Source: Tubiluchus corallicola (taxonomy: Eukaryota > Animalia > Priapulida). From it: a stretch of 64,000 nucleotides of DNA. A program made the position numbers and the translations under genes. The notes under the pieces were generated by a model. That model was not told the DNA's origin, searched no databases, and worked only from the letters and a program-made list of their open reading frames with translations. The DNA is taken from contig JAQGDQ010000018.1 of the NCBI GenBank assembly GCA_030141605.1, forward strand, positions 1-64,000. The letters run 5' to 3'. Shown piece by piece: positions 27,001-40,090 of this stretch (positions within the stretch are counted from its first letter, which is position 1; each line of letters begins with the position of its first letter).

Positions 27001-28090
27001 GCTCTCTGTGACAGTTTTGAAACTATGCACAGGAGAGGTAGAGGACCATTTACGAAAATAGTTTTTATTATTGTATTCATTATTGTAAACATGCAAACCT
27101 ATTTTACATCAGGTGTAAAACAGCAATAACAAATCACTAAAATTTCACGCAAACCCATATAAGTTGCAAAACAAAATAAGTTGTTTTCAGTAGGTTGTGA
27201 CTTTCAGGCGTGCATCAAAAGTGCTTCTACATGTGCTAGCATATTTGATTAGATTGTGCCAGTCTGACTGACAGGTTTTGGACAGTTGGGGTGTAATCTA
27301 GCAATCAGGCAGCTAAAGGCCTAACACACTTATCTTACACAAGCAATACCACACAAAACCAAAAAAAGTTTTCAAGGTTTTATAAGCATTATACAAATTT
27401 ATATAATGTTTTCCTATTTTTGTTGCTTGTCAAATGTTTAATACTAAATAAGACATGTATGTGGTGGGTATACCCAGTTACTCTATAGAAAATAGTAGTT
27501 CTAACTAATAAAACACAAAGAGACCATCAACAGAAAAAAGGCAAGTAGTACAATCCAACGGTTAAGTCTCTTTAACTAAAAACTGATTACTCACTAATGG
27601 TAGTATTGTTCCTACGTTAATAAACATTAACTTCAGAATTTTGATGTAACTAAAAAATTAGAAAGTAAAGAAAAGGCAGATCAATGCTGATAAGTGCAAA
27701 ACAAGCTTAAACAGTAAACCTAAAAATACTTTAAATCCTCTATCCGTATTACCAAAAACCACATAACAATTCTTTGTTATGAACACTTACATCGCAAAAA
27801 TTAATATAAAAACAAATTAATTTAGAGTAATAAGAATTTCTAGTTGTTTCATTATAAAACCACAGGTAGAAACAGTTCCTTAATGGTGTATCACAAATTA
27901 CCGACTTTGCATAATCACTTCTCAGTACACATAATATATTACATGGAAACAGTACATTAAATGAGTACTGCCCAGGTCAAGGCACTGACTTGTGTAATAG
28001 CCTACTGACTTATGTAACAACCAACTTTGAAATAAGAAGAGTGTTGTAGAATATCACTTTCTGGAATTCCAACACAGAGTGAGACTAGTC

Positions 28091-28151
28091 CAGCAAATAC
28101 AGAGTATCAAACAGGAACAGCAAATACAGAGTATCAAACAGGAACAGCAAA
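28091..28151. repeat. Perfect 27-bp tandem duplication
   Basis: CAGCAAATACAGAGTATCAAACAGGAA occurs twice, plus a partial third copy. Confidence 0.9.
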
Positions 28152-28170
28152 CGCTTATCTAGACCGAAGT

Positions 28171-28922
28171 CATAGGCAGATCCAGGGGGGCACCCTCATG
28201 CTGCACAATTTTTGCCAAGACAAAATTATTTTATTTCAGAATACATCCATGATGTTCAAGTGTGAAGTGTGAAAAAGGCGTCTTCCATGCATGCCTTGCA
28301 GTCTATTGTTGTAACACTAAACTAGTTGAGTGCGCACTTCTTAGTTATATGATACAGCAATCCCTGACACCCTCGAGGAAGCTCAGTATGACTGACTGAG
28401 AGCCATCACAAACAAATACGCGAGAAACTATCCGAGGCGAATGCTGTTTAATAATCCATTAACTGAGTAGATTGAGTAAAAAAACTGCCAAATATTTTGA
28501 TACAAGTTCAGCATGTTTGTTTCTGTATATAACTGGTACATATGGCTATTCTCTTTTCAAGTCCGGAAATGTTCTTAATCAAAAAGTAAGAAAATAAAAA
28601 GTCGCATGGATGGACCAGCTTAGCAGAGTCGCAGTTTGAAAATCAGGCCCAATGAATATGAGCTAGAAATCTGACTTGAGGATTCATTCTCAGTAGTCAG
28701 TCTTACAGGCAAACTTCGCGAAATTGAAGGAATGATTTGTGTTACAGCCCTGCTTATTTTGGACTCAGATGCGTTTAGATTGCAGGAAACCGGTCCCAAA
28801 TTTTCATAATTTTCCTGGGGTCTCCACACCCTCTGTCTGGCTCCTGCTCGCTCCGCGGTAGTATACCAAACATTCTATTCTTTGGCATTTTGTTGTACCC
28901 TTTTTAAAAATCCTGGATCCTG
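28171..28922. mobile_element. Probable MITE with GGATCC-containing termini
   Basis: Left CATAGGCAGATCCAGGGGGG and right AAATCCTGGATCCTG share an inverted GATCCAGG core. The right end appears damaged and no clean TSD is visible. Confidence 0.4.
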
Positions 28923-30065
28923 AAAGTCTAATTCACATTTACTTACATACAAACACACTTCTTGTATGTAAGAGCAATGCATTCCAAGGCAAAATGGGCT
29001 CGCTAAAGAATAACGTGTTATTTTCGAAAGTACCAGACATGAAATTGACTTAAGTCCAAAAAAATCAATCAGGCTTTAAACACCTGCTTTTTAAATAATG
29101 AACACCTATAAATTCACATCTTTGGGGACAACAAGAATCATTGCAAATTAAGTGAGATACATGTTCCGTGGCTATGTTTATATTCATTGATGTCTATCGG
29201 GACTGCACATGTGATGAGCTGACAAGAGACACAATTTAATTAGATCTAAGCTAAGCAAAAATGAGCACAAAGAAAATTCAATTTGACAGTTTCATGTATT
29301 TTACAGTTTTGTAAGGTTTTCAAGCGTCCTTACTCAGAAGCTTATAAAGTTCAAGTAGGAAAGCCTTTCACGGTTTATGAAAATATGACTTGGCAAGTAA
29401 ACTATTATAAATCGAATTTGATGAAAATCAAGTTCATTCATAAGTAACAATTTAAAATTCCTTACATGCATACATTGATTTTCAGTGATAAAAAAGGAGT
29501 TAAATTTAAAAATATGTAGGAATAAAAACTCTAAGTTATGCAGTCCATTTTTTATACTCTTAGAGATACATATGGACACTTGTATTTATATGCAAGGTCA
29601 TTACCCAGACTTGGATTAGGTTTTTTCATGCGTCAAATGTGACCATGCATAGTTTTTTAGACCGAAACATGCAGTTTTAAATAATTCACTTTAAATGATT
29701 TTTTGTTGCACGTAAGATCTACATTTACCTGCACCTGTTCACATTTACTAACTAATGAACATTTTACAACATATGAACATAACAAATGTTTGCTAAAAAA
29801 CATTTTAAGTGACTATAACGAAGCTATCGCCAAATCCAGAAAATAGGTGAAAAAAAATGTGTGCAACAAATCAACCACAAAAAGCAGTGCACTATAGTTC
29901 CACCACCAATAAAGCCCACTGAGAGCCGTAACCATGCCGTAATATAAAAAGACATCTAGGTGATACATGCACAAGCCAGGAATTTCAGTTTTTCAGAAGG
30001 AGCTTTGAACAGATAAGCAAAAAAGGCCCATTTTATGGTCCAAAAGTTCATACTCTCACATTCCT

Positions 30066-30071
30066 TTTATT
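30066..30071 (-). terminator. Candidate proximal polyadenylation signal of DCAF7
   Basis: AATAAA on the minus strand about 260 nt after the stop codon. Confidence 0.35.
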
Positions 30072-30332
30072 GTAAATTTCGATAACTGTGAATGATTTAG
30101 CAATGCAGTAACGGCTCTCAGACATAGGCTAAGTCTAGTCCACAGTTTCCATACTCAATGTCGTCTGGCAAATAAACAAGGCAATATGAGCAAATTGCCA
30201 ATCCATGTCAAGTTTTAAACAAGGATGCAGATGCAGGTATAACATAGCCAGTAAACGTTAATTTAATTCTAGCGCAGGAATGATCAAGTATGATGACAGT
30301 GGACCATACCATCAGCACTCAGAGAATCATCA

Positions 30333-33300
30333 TTACACTCGCAAGATTTCCAATGAATTATTATAGCAGATAGCAATCCAGTCAGGCTGTGTTGATGCCC
30401 ACTGTATCTGGTTGATTTCCCCCTCGGCTGTATAAGCAAGTATGGGATCCTCTATAGCACGAGGCATCTGCTGTATATCCCAGATTAATGCCTGATGATC
30501 ATCAGCTATAATATTCACAATGTTCGAAAAATTATCAAACTGCCAGAAAAAATATCTTTAGTCTGTGTATCAAGTTCATCATTTTACCAAACAATAATTA
30601 ATATTAAGTGCAAAATGTTCAAAATCTTACCTAAAAAGAATTATCTAAAAACTTTATCATTAAGTACTAACTGTTCAAGATTTCTAAATGTTATACTGCT
30701 TTTGTTAATGTTAAGCACAGAAATTTCAAAACTTTTCGAAGGGTGATATTTTAAAAGAAAGCTTTAATCATGGTTAAACTTTATGAACTTACACAACAAT
30801 GCATTTGCACTGCAGAGCATCGCTGTGTAAGCTCATAAAGTTTCATAAGCACCGTAAGAAATAAAACAAACCTGAGAATACTAAAAGGTAACAAACACAA
30901 TGTCATGTATGTCAATAAAACTATGCTGCAAAATGTTTTAGTTGTATAATTTTTCCTATACAGTAAGTCGCTAATCAAAATAATAACAATAACAAACAAA
31001 ATATGTAAGCACAATTATAACTCAAACTCATCTAAAATATAAAGACGTGTTCCACAGCAAGTCCTTGCTTAACAATGCTAATAATTTACAGCAAAATGAG
31101 TCATTAAAGGAAATGTCATTGTGTGAAACAATGCCTTCCACAGAAACAATGTAAAAACATTTCAGTTGCATTCCCCGTGACTCACTTCTGAATTGCGCTC
31201 TCTATCTGCGTTACTTTCACAAAAAATTTCAAGTGCCGTGTGAATAATTTTAAAAGCTTCATGCGCGTGTTTAAAGCTAGTCATTTCTGTTAGCAGATTA
31301 ATCTGTGTTTCTAGCATTGTTTTTCAGCAAGGTAAATGCAGTAATAATTAACCCAGCAACGTAACAGGAGAGAATTTTCTCAGAGAAATTCCATCTCTAT
31401 GTGTTAGAAATCAGTGAGTGGCCAACAAGGAATCATTGTTTCCTGCATCTGGCTGCTTAGTAATGTATATTTAATTACTGCTGTGATTTGCAATAATTGG
31501 GTTATTTCATAAAGTGCGAGTACAGCAAACAAAATTTCAAGGCTTAAACGGCAAAAAATCCTCGTTAAAATGAAACAGTGTGTAAAGTGAATAAAAGCTC
31601 TTAAAAGATCAATATCGTTAAAACGAAATGCTGTTAAGCGACGGTGTTAACTGAGGACTTACTGTAATATGAATAATTCAATTCTCATGGAAAACTAAAC
31701 TCAGCTTCTTTAGAAATAATTAAGTAGTAAATATTTAGTGTGATTACTATTAACTAAAGTAACCAACCTGCAGTGCATATATGGCAAGAAGAGTGTGGTG
31801 CCCATGCTATACCATTCACACAAGCTCGATGGTTGTTTAACCTAGCAACTGGTGTACACGGTACTCTAACATCTAGTATTATTACCTGAAATAAAATTAA
31901 TCTTGGCAGTAACTGGCAACAGACTACAAATTAATTTCTGAAACAGAAGCTCTCTAGTGCATTTTAAACCAGCATGATATAATCACAAACTGATCGCCTA
32001 CCTCTAAGGGACACAAATAATTGTAATGAGCAGGAAAACAATGATCAAATTTCATAAAGAAAATTCTTTATGCCTGAAATTATTAATCAAAGATGTATCA
32101 CCTCCATTCCATCCATGGCCATTGTAGCCAAATAGTTGGGATCCTGTTTGTTCCAAGCTAGCCTAAGTAATGGATGATGCTGAGGGTCTTCATAGATGAT
32201 CGTTGAATGTTCTAAGTGTCTAAGATCAAACATCCTCACTGAGCCATCGGCTCCTAAATGCAGCAAATGACTTTAATAACATAGGTATAGTTCACAAACT
32301 GACTATGTCACTTACCTTGAAAAAAATTAACAAACAACACCACAAGTAGTATTAAATCTTTAATGCAATATAATACTATTAAAATGTTATATACTACTTG
32401 CTTACAACTTATAACTCATTTTCAAGAAAAATCACATACAAAACCTGAATAAAAGGATGTTAGCCTAGAAAAATATGATCTAATTGCTAAAAAAACATTA
32501 CAGAAAATCACAAGCTACTGAAATAAATTATTTATAGGAATTTCTGTAAACATTGAAGCCTTGGTTAATAACTTACTGAAGAAAACTCCTTTTAAGATAG
32601 ATGTTCAAATAGAAAATAAAAATGCAGAAACATAAGACGACTTTGAAACAACTAGCAAAAATCAATTTACATTGATGGAAAACACAACAAGCAATATGAA
32701 TGAGATACGTACAGTTCCACTTTCATCCAGCAAACTTGTAATGCTGCTTTGTGAAAACTTGTTGATTTTTCATCATTTTATAACATCCAAATCCAGTAAC
32801 ATAAAATTATATCTTTTAGAAGTAGTACGAAATATTGGTTGTCATATAAGACGTGCCTGCAATGTTCAACTAACGTGCAGCAAAAAGGCTTACCAACACT
32901 GGCAAACATGTCACGGCCACCACCAGCTCTGCTGAAAGCAATATCATACACCTCCTTATCATGAGCTATGAGTTGAGTTTTTACATGACCCGAGACTAGA
33001 TTGACATGACCGAGAACTTGACCAGTCTGAAGAAAATGATCAATTATACAGGTAAATGGTTCATCAAATTTTCAAGCCACACTTTTGTTACGGTACACTG
33101 TAACTCTATAAGCAAATTTTAGCAAGTGGTTTACACTAAAATGAATCCTAGAAAACAACTATAGACTGAGCATCAGCCTAAAAATTAATTCAGTTAACAT
33201 TCACTAACCTCAAGTCCCCATATTGTGCATGTTGTATCTATACTAGAGGTTCCAAGCAAATTTGGATCAACTTCGTTCCAGTCGAATGATGTCAGTGGAG

Positions 33301-36300
33301 CACAAAAATCAGAATTTTTATTCTACAAAAGATATTAATTGCTATAATAACAAGAAATATTAACTCTGAAAAACTCGTCATGAACAAAAGGAATGCTAGT
33401 GTGCAACTAATTAATTACATAAGAGTGTGTGTGAGTGTGTGTGTGTGTGAGAGAGAGAAAAAAAGGAAGAGGGGGAAAGAGAGGGAGACAGTGAAAGGGC
33501 AAAACAGAGGAAGAGGGAGGGGAGAATAGATATTAGGTAGACGGTTGCGATGATAGCAGTGCTTGGTACACGATACACGAACAAAATACTCGAACGACTG
33601 GTACTCAATACATGAATGGAATGCACAAAAGTTTAGAATTCGCAATAATGCAGGAACGAAAAGAATCAAATTTTGAAAAGCTAATGACAATACACGAAAA
33701 CCAACAAGGCTAAAAACTTTTAACAGTGCAATTATTTTGTTGATAATAATTGAAATTAGAATATTTTTATAGACACTGCCAACTGTAAGATTCCATGGCA
33801 CACAGCTAACAGAAACTTACGGCGCCGTCTGACAGCCAAACAGATCGCAAGTTGAACACATACAGAACATATTATTTAAAAAGTGAAACTTTAAAAAACC
33901 AGCAACTCTTTAACTAATGCCAAAGTAATAATTGCAAGGGGAAAATTCGCAAACTATTTACAGATATCTACACTCTAATAATCAACAGCCCCCTTTTGCT
34001 GATATGACTGACACGACTTCAATCTTCACTTGGATGTATTACGAGGAAGATTTTAACTTCCATTACCAAGGTAGATGTACATATATGTAAATGCTGAAGA
34101 AAGAAGATGACATAGTTTGTAGATGCTGCAAGAGTAAATGTTGATTAAAAGTATGTTCCAAACACTGGAATGGAGTAAAGAATTTTTTATTGCACTACAA
34201 CATACTATCTTAACATGTAAGTCTTCTTGAATGGCAAATGACTGTTGAGCTGCTGGAGATTGCTTGCATACTTGCATGGTCATTTTAACGAGGCTTAGAA
34301 ATCATTAGTGCATATAAACGTAATAGTGCAATAAAATGGCACATGATGGACTGCCTGCAGGCCATTTTTCCCAAGAACACTACACTTTTTTCAATGTGAC
34401 CTGGTGAAAATTGCACCATGTCTCCATTTAAAATTATTGCCTATATTATTAGAATCACAAAATTGTTAGAAATACAATGTGAAAAGGTCTCTTCAATGGC
34501 TTGTTATCGCTTTCAGAACAAAAATATTCCATTTTCTCCATCAGCTCATGTTTACTTTATAGCCCCAGTTGATGCTAATAATGACCACAACTTATAGTAC
34601 AAGAAATCACAGCATAACAAATTTATTATATACAGTACATAGTACATACATTATTAAGTAGACATTCTGGTCGCGTTTCAGTCTCCCCTGCTCGCCATAT
34701 TCGTAGATAATCTCCACTGGTAGCCAACAAATCAGGAAACACACCTTTCTGAAATTAAAATATCAAAAATATAATTGACATCATTCTAAAAATCATGTAA
34801 TAAAAACAGCTAACGTCTTTATATCTCAAAACCAATGGTAGCAAACAAAACTTCAAGCAAAAACTTACTAACATGAGTGGCTGATGGAGCTGATATTAAA
34901 ATTAGCCAATGTATTTCAAGATGGTCTGCTGCAGCTATTGTGGCAATTAAGACAGGCCAAAAGCCTCCAAGGTTGTCTTTTTAATACAAGTTCCCGATAA
35001 ACTATACCTTAAAAGATTTTTACAAGCGACAATTTACTTTTGAGAATTAAGATTATAAATGAGACAATTTTTATTTTAGCACAGAAACAGCTCTTGTAAT
35101 CTGTAGAATACGCAGAGACTGACTTTAATTAAGCATTCAGCCATTGCAAAATCTGTCAAAATCATACGAAAAAGAACGTTAGGTATTGCAGCAAAGAAAT
35201 CAAAAATTATTCCCAAAAACTTCAAGAACTGGCAGAAGTACCAAAGGACTTTTACATTATATTCAGATGACACCAATTATGTTCTCTCACTTGCTGGACA
35301 AAATTTCACCTCTAATGCAGCACAGTGACACCAGCAGGAGTGAGTCAACTTCTTTGCTGCTAGATTGGAGGTTAGCAACCTAGGTATTATACGATGCTAC
35401 AGTATTATGTCCAAATTTTAAAACAAAGCTTGTGGTTAATAATCTGCGAACTTGCAAAACTGTATATTAAGCTCTGCGAGAACAATACTATAAGGTCAGC
35501 TTCTAAACTTTTATTCTTGCAAAATTAAATATTACAATATTGCAAGTTACATATATATTTTTATTGGGTAAATTATATTTTCAAGTCACATCTATAAACC
35601 CTATTCTAAATTCTCTTTTCCAATCTAACCGCCAACATCTTCAAGCAGGCAAAGCTTACACCAATGTCTACACTTATAAAAGCACAAATAATTTTTTTAA
35701 TAACAGCTCACAGTTTTTCGAGCACCTGCTGTAAATGGACTTTTTCAACCAGGTCACCTGCGTGTATTAGCTCTGGCTGTTAATTCCGGGGATGACTGAC
35801 ACAGACAAAAATCAAAACCAGTTTGTTATAGCATAGTGAACGACACAGAAATTTCAGTGGCAGTCTTGGCCGCTACACAGTATCTGTAAACACTGACCAA
35901 CGTAAAACACTGAGGGTGTTTTGAATGACCATGTAGACAGCCAGTACCTAACTGGAATAATTTTTCGCTAATTCACTAATCAATCTCACCAACATTCTAA
36001 ACTCTCTCTCTCTCTCACTATTACTACACTATATATTCAAATTTTACTGAAGGGACACTTATCATTAGCGATCCCACCAAAATTCTGCTACATAATTAAG
36101 ACGTATAAAAATTAATGATTATCGCACTACATAAAATGGTACATAAATTACATACAAAGTTATAGCCACTTACACTATCTGGAATCCACATAATCTTTGT
36201 GCAGGGATAAGGATGATCGAAAGTACTCTTACACGAAAACTCTGATGTATCTTCATCCAACTGCACTATTTGAACCTTCAAAAGAGACATGAGTCAATAA

Positions 36301-36596
36301 AAAGCAAACTTTCGATTAACAGCCATTAGAACTAGGATAATTTACATAAAAAGCATTAAATAAAAGCACGGGCAAATAACCTCTATTCATCACATACATG
36401 GCTATGAACAAGCACATTAAAAATGTACCTTGTTATTGTACTCCTCCACAAAACTCCCTAGTGCAAGTCTGAAACGCTTATCTGGACGTACACTCCAGTT
36501 CATAGCATACAGAGTCCAAGGAGCTTCATACTTATATATCTCCTTCCTCTTAGTTGTTGGAGCTGCCGGTGGTGCTCCAGTAGGTAATGATACCAT
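30333..36596 (-). CDS. DCAF7: DDB1- and CUL4-associated factor 7 (WDR68/AN11-like WD40 scaffold), complete CDS, 352 aa
   Basis: Exons (minus strand): 36596-36429, 36275-36174, 34748-34650, 33322-33209, 33026-32894, 32253-32102, 31885-31768, 30505-30333. All introns are GT-AG and the total of 1059 nt is in frame. Translation includes [85 protein letters not shown] and [35 protein letters not shown]...LEILRV*, all diagnostic of DCAF7. Confidence 0.97.
31055..31664. mobile_element. Tigger/pogo-like MITE in DCAF7 intron 7
   Basis: Left CAGCAAGTCCTTGCTTAACA versus the reverse complement of the right end, CAGTAAGTCCTCAGTTAACA. TA flanks the right end; CA on the left is a presumed decayed TA. Confidence 0.65.
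33424..33525. repeat. (GT)n/(GA)n microsatellite followed by a purine-rich tract
   Basis: gtgtgtgtgagtgtgtgtgtgtgtgagagagagaaaa followed by a G/A-rich run, in DCAF7 intron 3. Confidence 0.85.
35220..35395 (+). mobile_element. PIF/Harbinger transposase remnant in DCAF7 intron 2
   Basis: [32 protein letters not shown]../AARLEV resembles the Harbinger N-terminal HTH segment (YxRMxxxxFxxLLxxIxPxIxxxDTxxRxxIxxxxRLxV). It is frameshifted. Confidence 0.6.
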
Positions 36597-36834
36597 CTTT
36601 ATCGTATTTGTGAATTACGTTTAGCCAAAAAATCAAAATTAGGAAGTGTGGAAATGGCCACATGCAAGTTGCCAGACTTCTTCAAACAAATTTGATCATT
36701 CCTGCATGGTCATCTAGCATTGCCTACAAATAAACATCAGATTACAGGTACAAATAAATTTAGTTAAATGGTTTTGACACCAATTATATAAATGCACAAA
36801 AGCAGTACTAAATTCAAGTTGGAAAAATTTACAC

Positions 36835-36895
36835 CTCTACTGGGACTTGAACCCAAAACCTCCTTTCAAGCAGCTATGCTAACCATACCACAGAG
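36835..36895 (-). repeat. tRNA-derived repeat (SINE head-like)
   Basis: The minus strand reads CTCTGTGGTATGGTTAGCATAGCTG...GGGTTCAAGTCCCAGTAGAG, with A-box and B-box-like motifs but no intact cloverleaf. Related copies lie at 41499 and 41819. Confidence 0.6.
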
Positions 36896-38989
36896 AAGTC
36901 TGGTTTTCACATTCAAACATACTCACTCTATAAGCCATACACTATAAATGTTTTTCCCATTTGTGTAATGTCAGAATAATTATATAGCAAACCAAGTTGA
37001 TATCTCTGCATATATGTGCACCAATACCAAGTACATCGCTTTAGTGTAAATTAGCCAAAACAGTCATAGAATTAATCATCTAGTTAGTGTTGCTGTTTCT
37101 ATTGTTGTTCTTGTTGCTGCCACCGCTGTTATGCTGCTCCTGTTGTTGTGACTTTTGCACTGTTTTTCTAATCTGCCTTGTTTCAAACTTGGCAGTGAGT
37201 GCAACTGAAGAAAATGAATAGGATACAAATTTCACTGGATGAAACCTAGAATACACTTGTTCATCTTAGGGGGAGCAGAACACCTGAGTGGTCATGACTT
37301 GTGCTTAGCTACCGAAGTTCAGCAATACCTAGCCTGGCAGCTGTGGTTGGGTGACCGCATGGGAATCTCACTCTTGGATAATTTCTTCCACTGCGATGCC
37401 AAATTATTTTTTCATTTACATGCATACAAATGTGACTGTAACACCTCTGCTACTTCAATATTTCATCTCAAAACAATTATTTTGATAATGAAGTAAGATT
37501 TGGTCCTGCAAAAAAAACATTAGTAGGCCCTGCCATTCAGTTCTGCCTAGTGGTTTGCAGTGCATCAAAGACCTCTAAAAAAATTTGCAAAGAAGCATAA
37601 TTTATAGGGCAAATTTAGACCTTCAAGATATTCACTAATCTATGTAGTTCCAAAAGCCTTGGTGTTTTCATTTTCTACATTGTTTCTACATTTTCCAAAC
37701 TTTAATTCAAATCTATGAAAATCAAATGATTTTGATTTTTCCAAAACATCCCTGGTAGGCTGGCCATAAAAAATCTGTCTTACCTCATGATCTCAAAAAC
37801 GTCGAGGGAGGAAATAAATATTTCTTGCAAATGTTTAAAGCTGAACCATAGAATATATAAATTCAGTTGAAAGCAAAGGTTGTTTATTTTTTATTGATTA
37901 GCAGTAAGGTTCCAAATTTTTCACACTTTGTATGTTCCGACAATTATGGTATAAATAGAAACACTCGGCCACTCTCGTGAAAAATGCTGAATTGGCTGTA
38001 GAGAAACATGGCCGTATCCTCGTTGAAATAAATAATAAATCCTCAACATTATAATAATTATTGATTTTACATTTTAAATTAAAAAAATATCCTTTTATAT
38101 GACTAAATTCCCTGGGCGATTAGACGGAAACAGAATATCTTTATTGTTGGCCCAATCCTACTAGAATTGTAGATCTTAAAATTAATAACAAATTGTGTAA
38201 AAAAAATCTTAACAAAAATCTGTATGTAAATGAAGCAAACTACTATACAAAGTTTGATTTTGGCAAAAAAAATTTCATTGCACTGTAGTACACAACATGC
38301 TTCTGATACTATTAATGTTAAAATGATTTCTGCTTAAACAAACTTGTTGTTAGACGCAGTCATTTTAAACGTAGGTCGTCTGGTACAAGTTTCGATAACA
38401 ATGCGTGAAAAAATAATCAGAGCATTCGTAGCACACATGTTACTAACTAGTAAAAATTTAAATTACTGTATCTTGTTAATAAGAATAAAAATACATTTAT
38501 GGTTAGTGACTGGCATCATGTAATGGCGCCGTCGGAACAGTATTGTGGGAGATTTAAAATGAACACAAACAAAAAATCCTTTTAACGCGAGTACAATATA
38601 TGCATAAAACTGCTGGAAAGTAATATAATTTTTAGGTGAAATTTTTTGAAATGTACTTCAAATACCCCCTTCTTGTCCTTTAATGAAAATATTTGGCATT
38701 GAATCAAATTCCTAGGGACTGCTGTGATTTTGTTTCCCCTATCTGCCATATTTCCAAGTCTGACTCGCCTTTCATTCTGGCTCACAGCAGAGATGCCAAT
38801 ATTGACATGGAAAATAGTAGCAAGATGGTGGCATTTAAATTTTAAATTCTCTAGCAATGGATAACATATTACAAATAATGTCTGCATTTTTGTTGTTGGA
38901 ATATCAGACTTGGGTAATAAACAATGTGGGTAATTGTTCGGTACCTCAGTACCTGATGCAACCACTATTGCGAATGCAAATAAGTTGCA

Positions 38990-39610
38990 GAAATTGCTTT
39001 TATTAGCATGTCCTTCTCAGACCTCTGGGTATTGACATACTTCTTGGCAACAATGACCTGCTAGTTCTATCATCATGTCTAGCCTGAATTAGCCTTGTAC
39101 TTGTCGCCAAGTTAAATATATGCTCACAGTTTGCATTTGAGCGAATATACAAAGGTAGCTAGCACGACCATCATAACCCACTGGAACACTGCAGCTTATG
39201 CTTGTATTCCTGTTTAAAGTGTTGCTCAGAAAGTCGTTGTCTATTCTTTACTGGTGTTTGATCGTTCAGTGCATACATTTACCTCAGGTAATGGTAAAAC
39301 TTGCTAGAAAAGACATCTGATTTTGATCACAACTGGCGCTCAGTTGAACGAATGTCGAATGAAACCAATCACAGCGATGAAAAATATCGCATTTCAAAGT
39401 AACTTGTTCTGACATATCTTCACATTTAATATTACACCCAGAAATTTCACTACCCACATCTATGTATTAATTCTCCAGGTGTATTTCCATATCTACAGCT
39501 TCAACAACTGCACTATTTCTCACATCATCTTGAACAAATAGAAATATCAGAAACTTCGTATAAGACTTCAACAAGATGAACTGATAGAGCGCTGTTGCAT
39601 CCCCATTCCA
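38990..39610 (-). mobile_element. Possible heavily decayed hAT transposase C-terminal remnant
   Basis: Minus-strand pieces LLKSYTKFLIFLFVQDDVRNSAVVEAVDMEIHLEN*YIDVG and IRSNANCEHIFNL; the latter resembles the hAT dimerisation motif SNAxCERxFS. Multiple stops and frameshifts. Confidence 0.35.
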
Positions 39611-40077
39611 TTTCTCCTTACAGCACAGTCAGTAGGCTTGTACAAGCAAGTAAGCTTATTTGTTTAACACTATTTTTTATAATAATAAAGTAACTGATAA
39701 TTCTGTACAACATTAATGAATGTAATTCTGAAAATTAGAAATTGCAAAAAGTGATTGATTTTTACTTTTACTTTAATGGTGAAAAGGTGGCGAAAGAACT
39801 GAGGTCAGACACCCTCTCAAAAATGTTACTAATAGTAATTAATTAATTACTATTCGATACCTAGCAATTAATAGTTTAAAAGCACTTACAATTTTACTCA
39901 ATACTCACCATTAACCGCATGACCATGCATCGCACCAATGTGAACAAACATCATTAGTGACTAATAACAATGCAATCCCTGACTTTCAGTCCCTCCACCA
40001 GTTAGCTATGCAAAAGATGTAATTATATTAGAATAATAAACCCAAACATTAGTAAGTAGACATTTCCAAACTATTTG

Positions 40078-40090
40078 CAAAATGGCGCAG
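40078..40090 (+). promoter_or_regulatory. YY1-type motif CAAAATGGCG in a CpG-containing patch between DCAF7 and PAXIP1
   Basis: Good match to the AANATGGCG consensus in the divergent intergenic region. A weaker copy (TAATGGCG) lies at 38521. Function is inferred only. Confidence 0.3.

Noticed and set aside
36835-36895. Functional tRNA genes here and at 41499-41570
   Set aside because: Anticodon and D arms do not pair and the lengths are wrong; treated as tRNA-derived repeats.
38582-38965. 127-aa minus-strand ORF between DCAF7 and PAXIP1
   Set aside because: Non-ATG start, no recognisable domain, and it lies within decayed repeat-like sequence.
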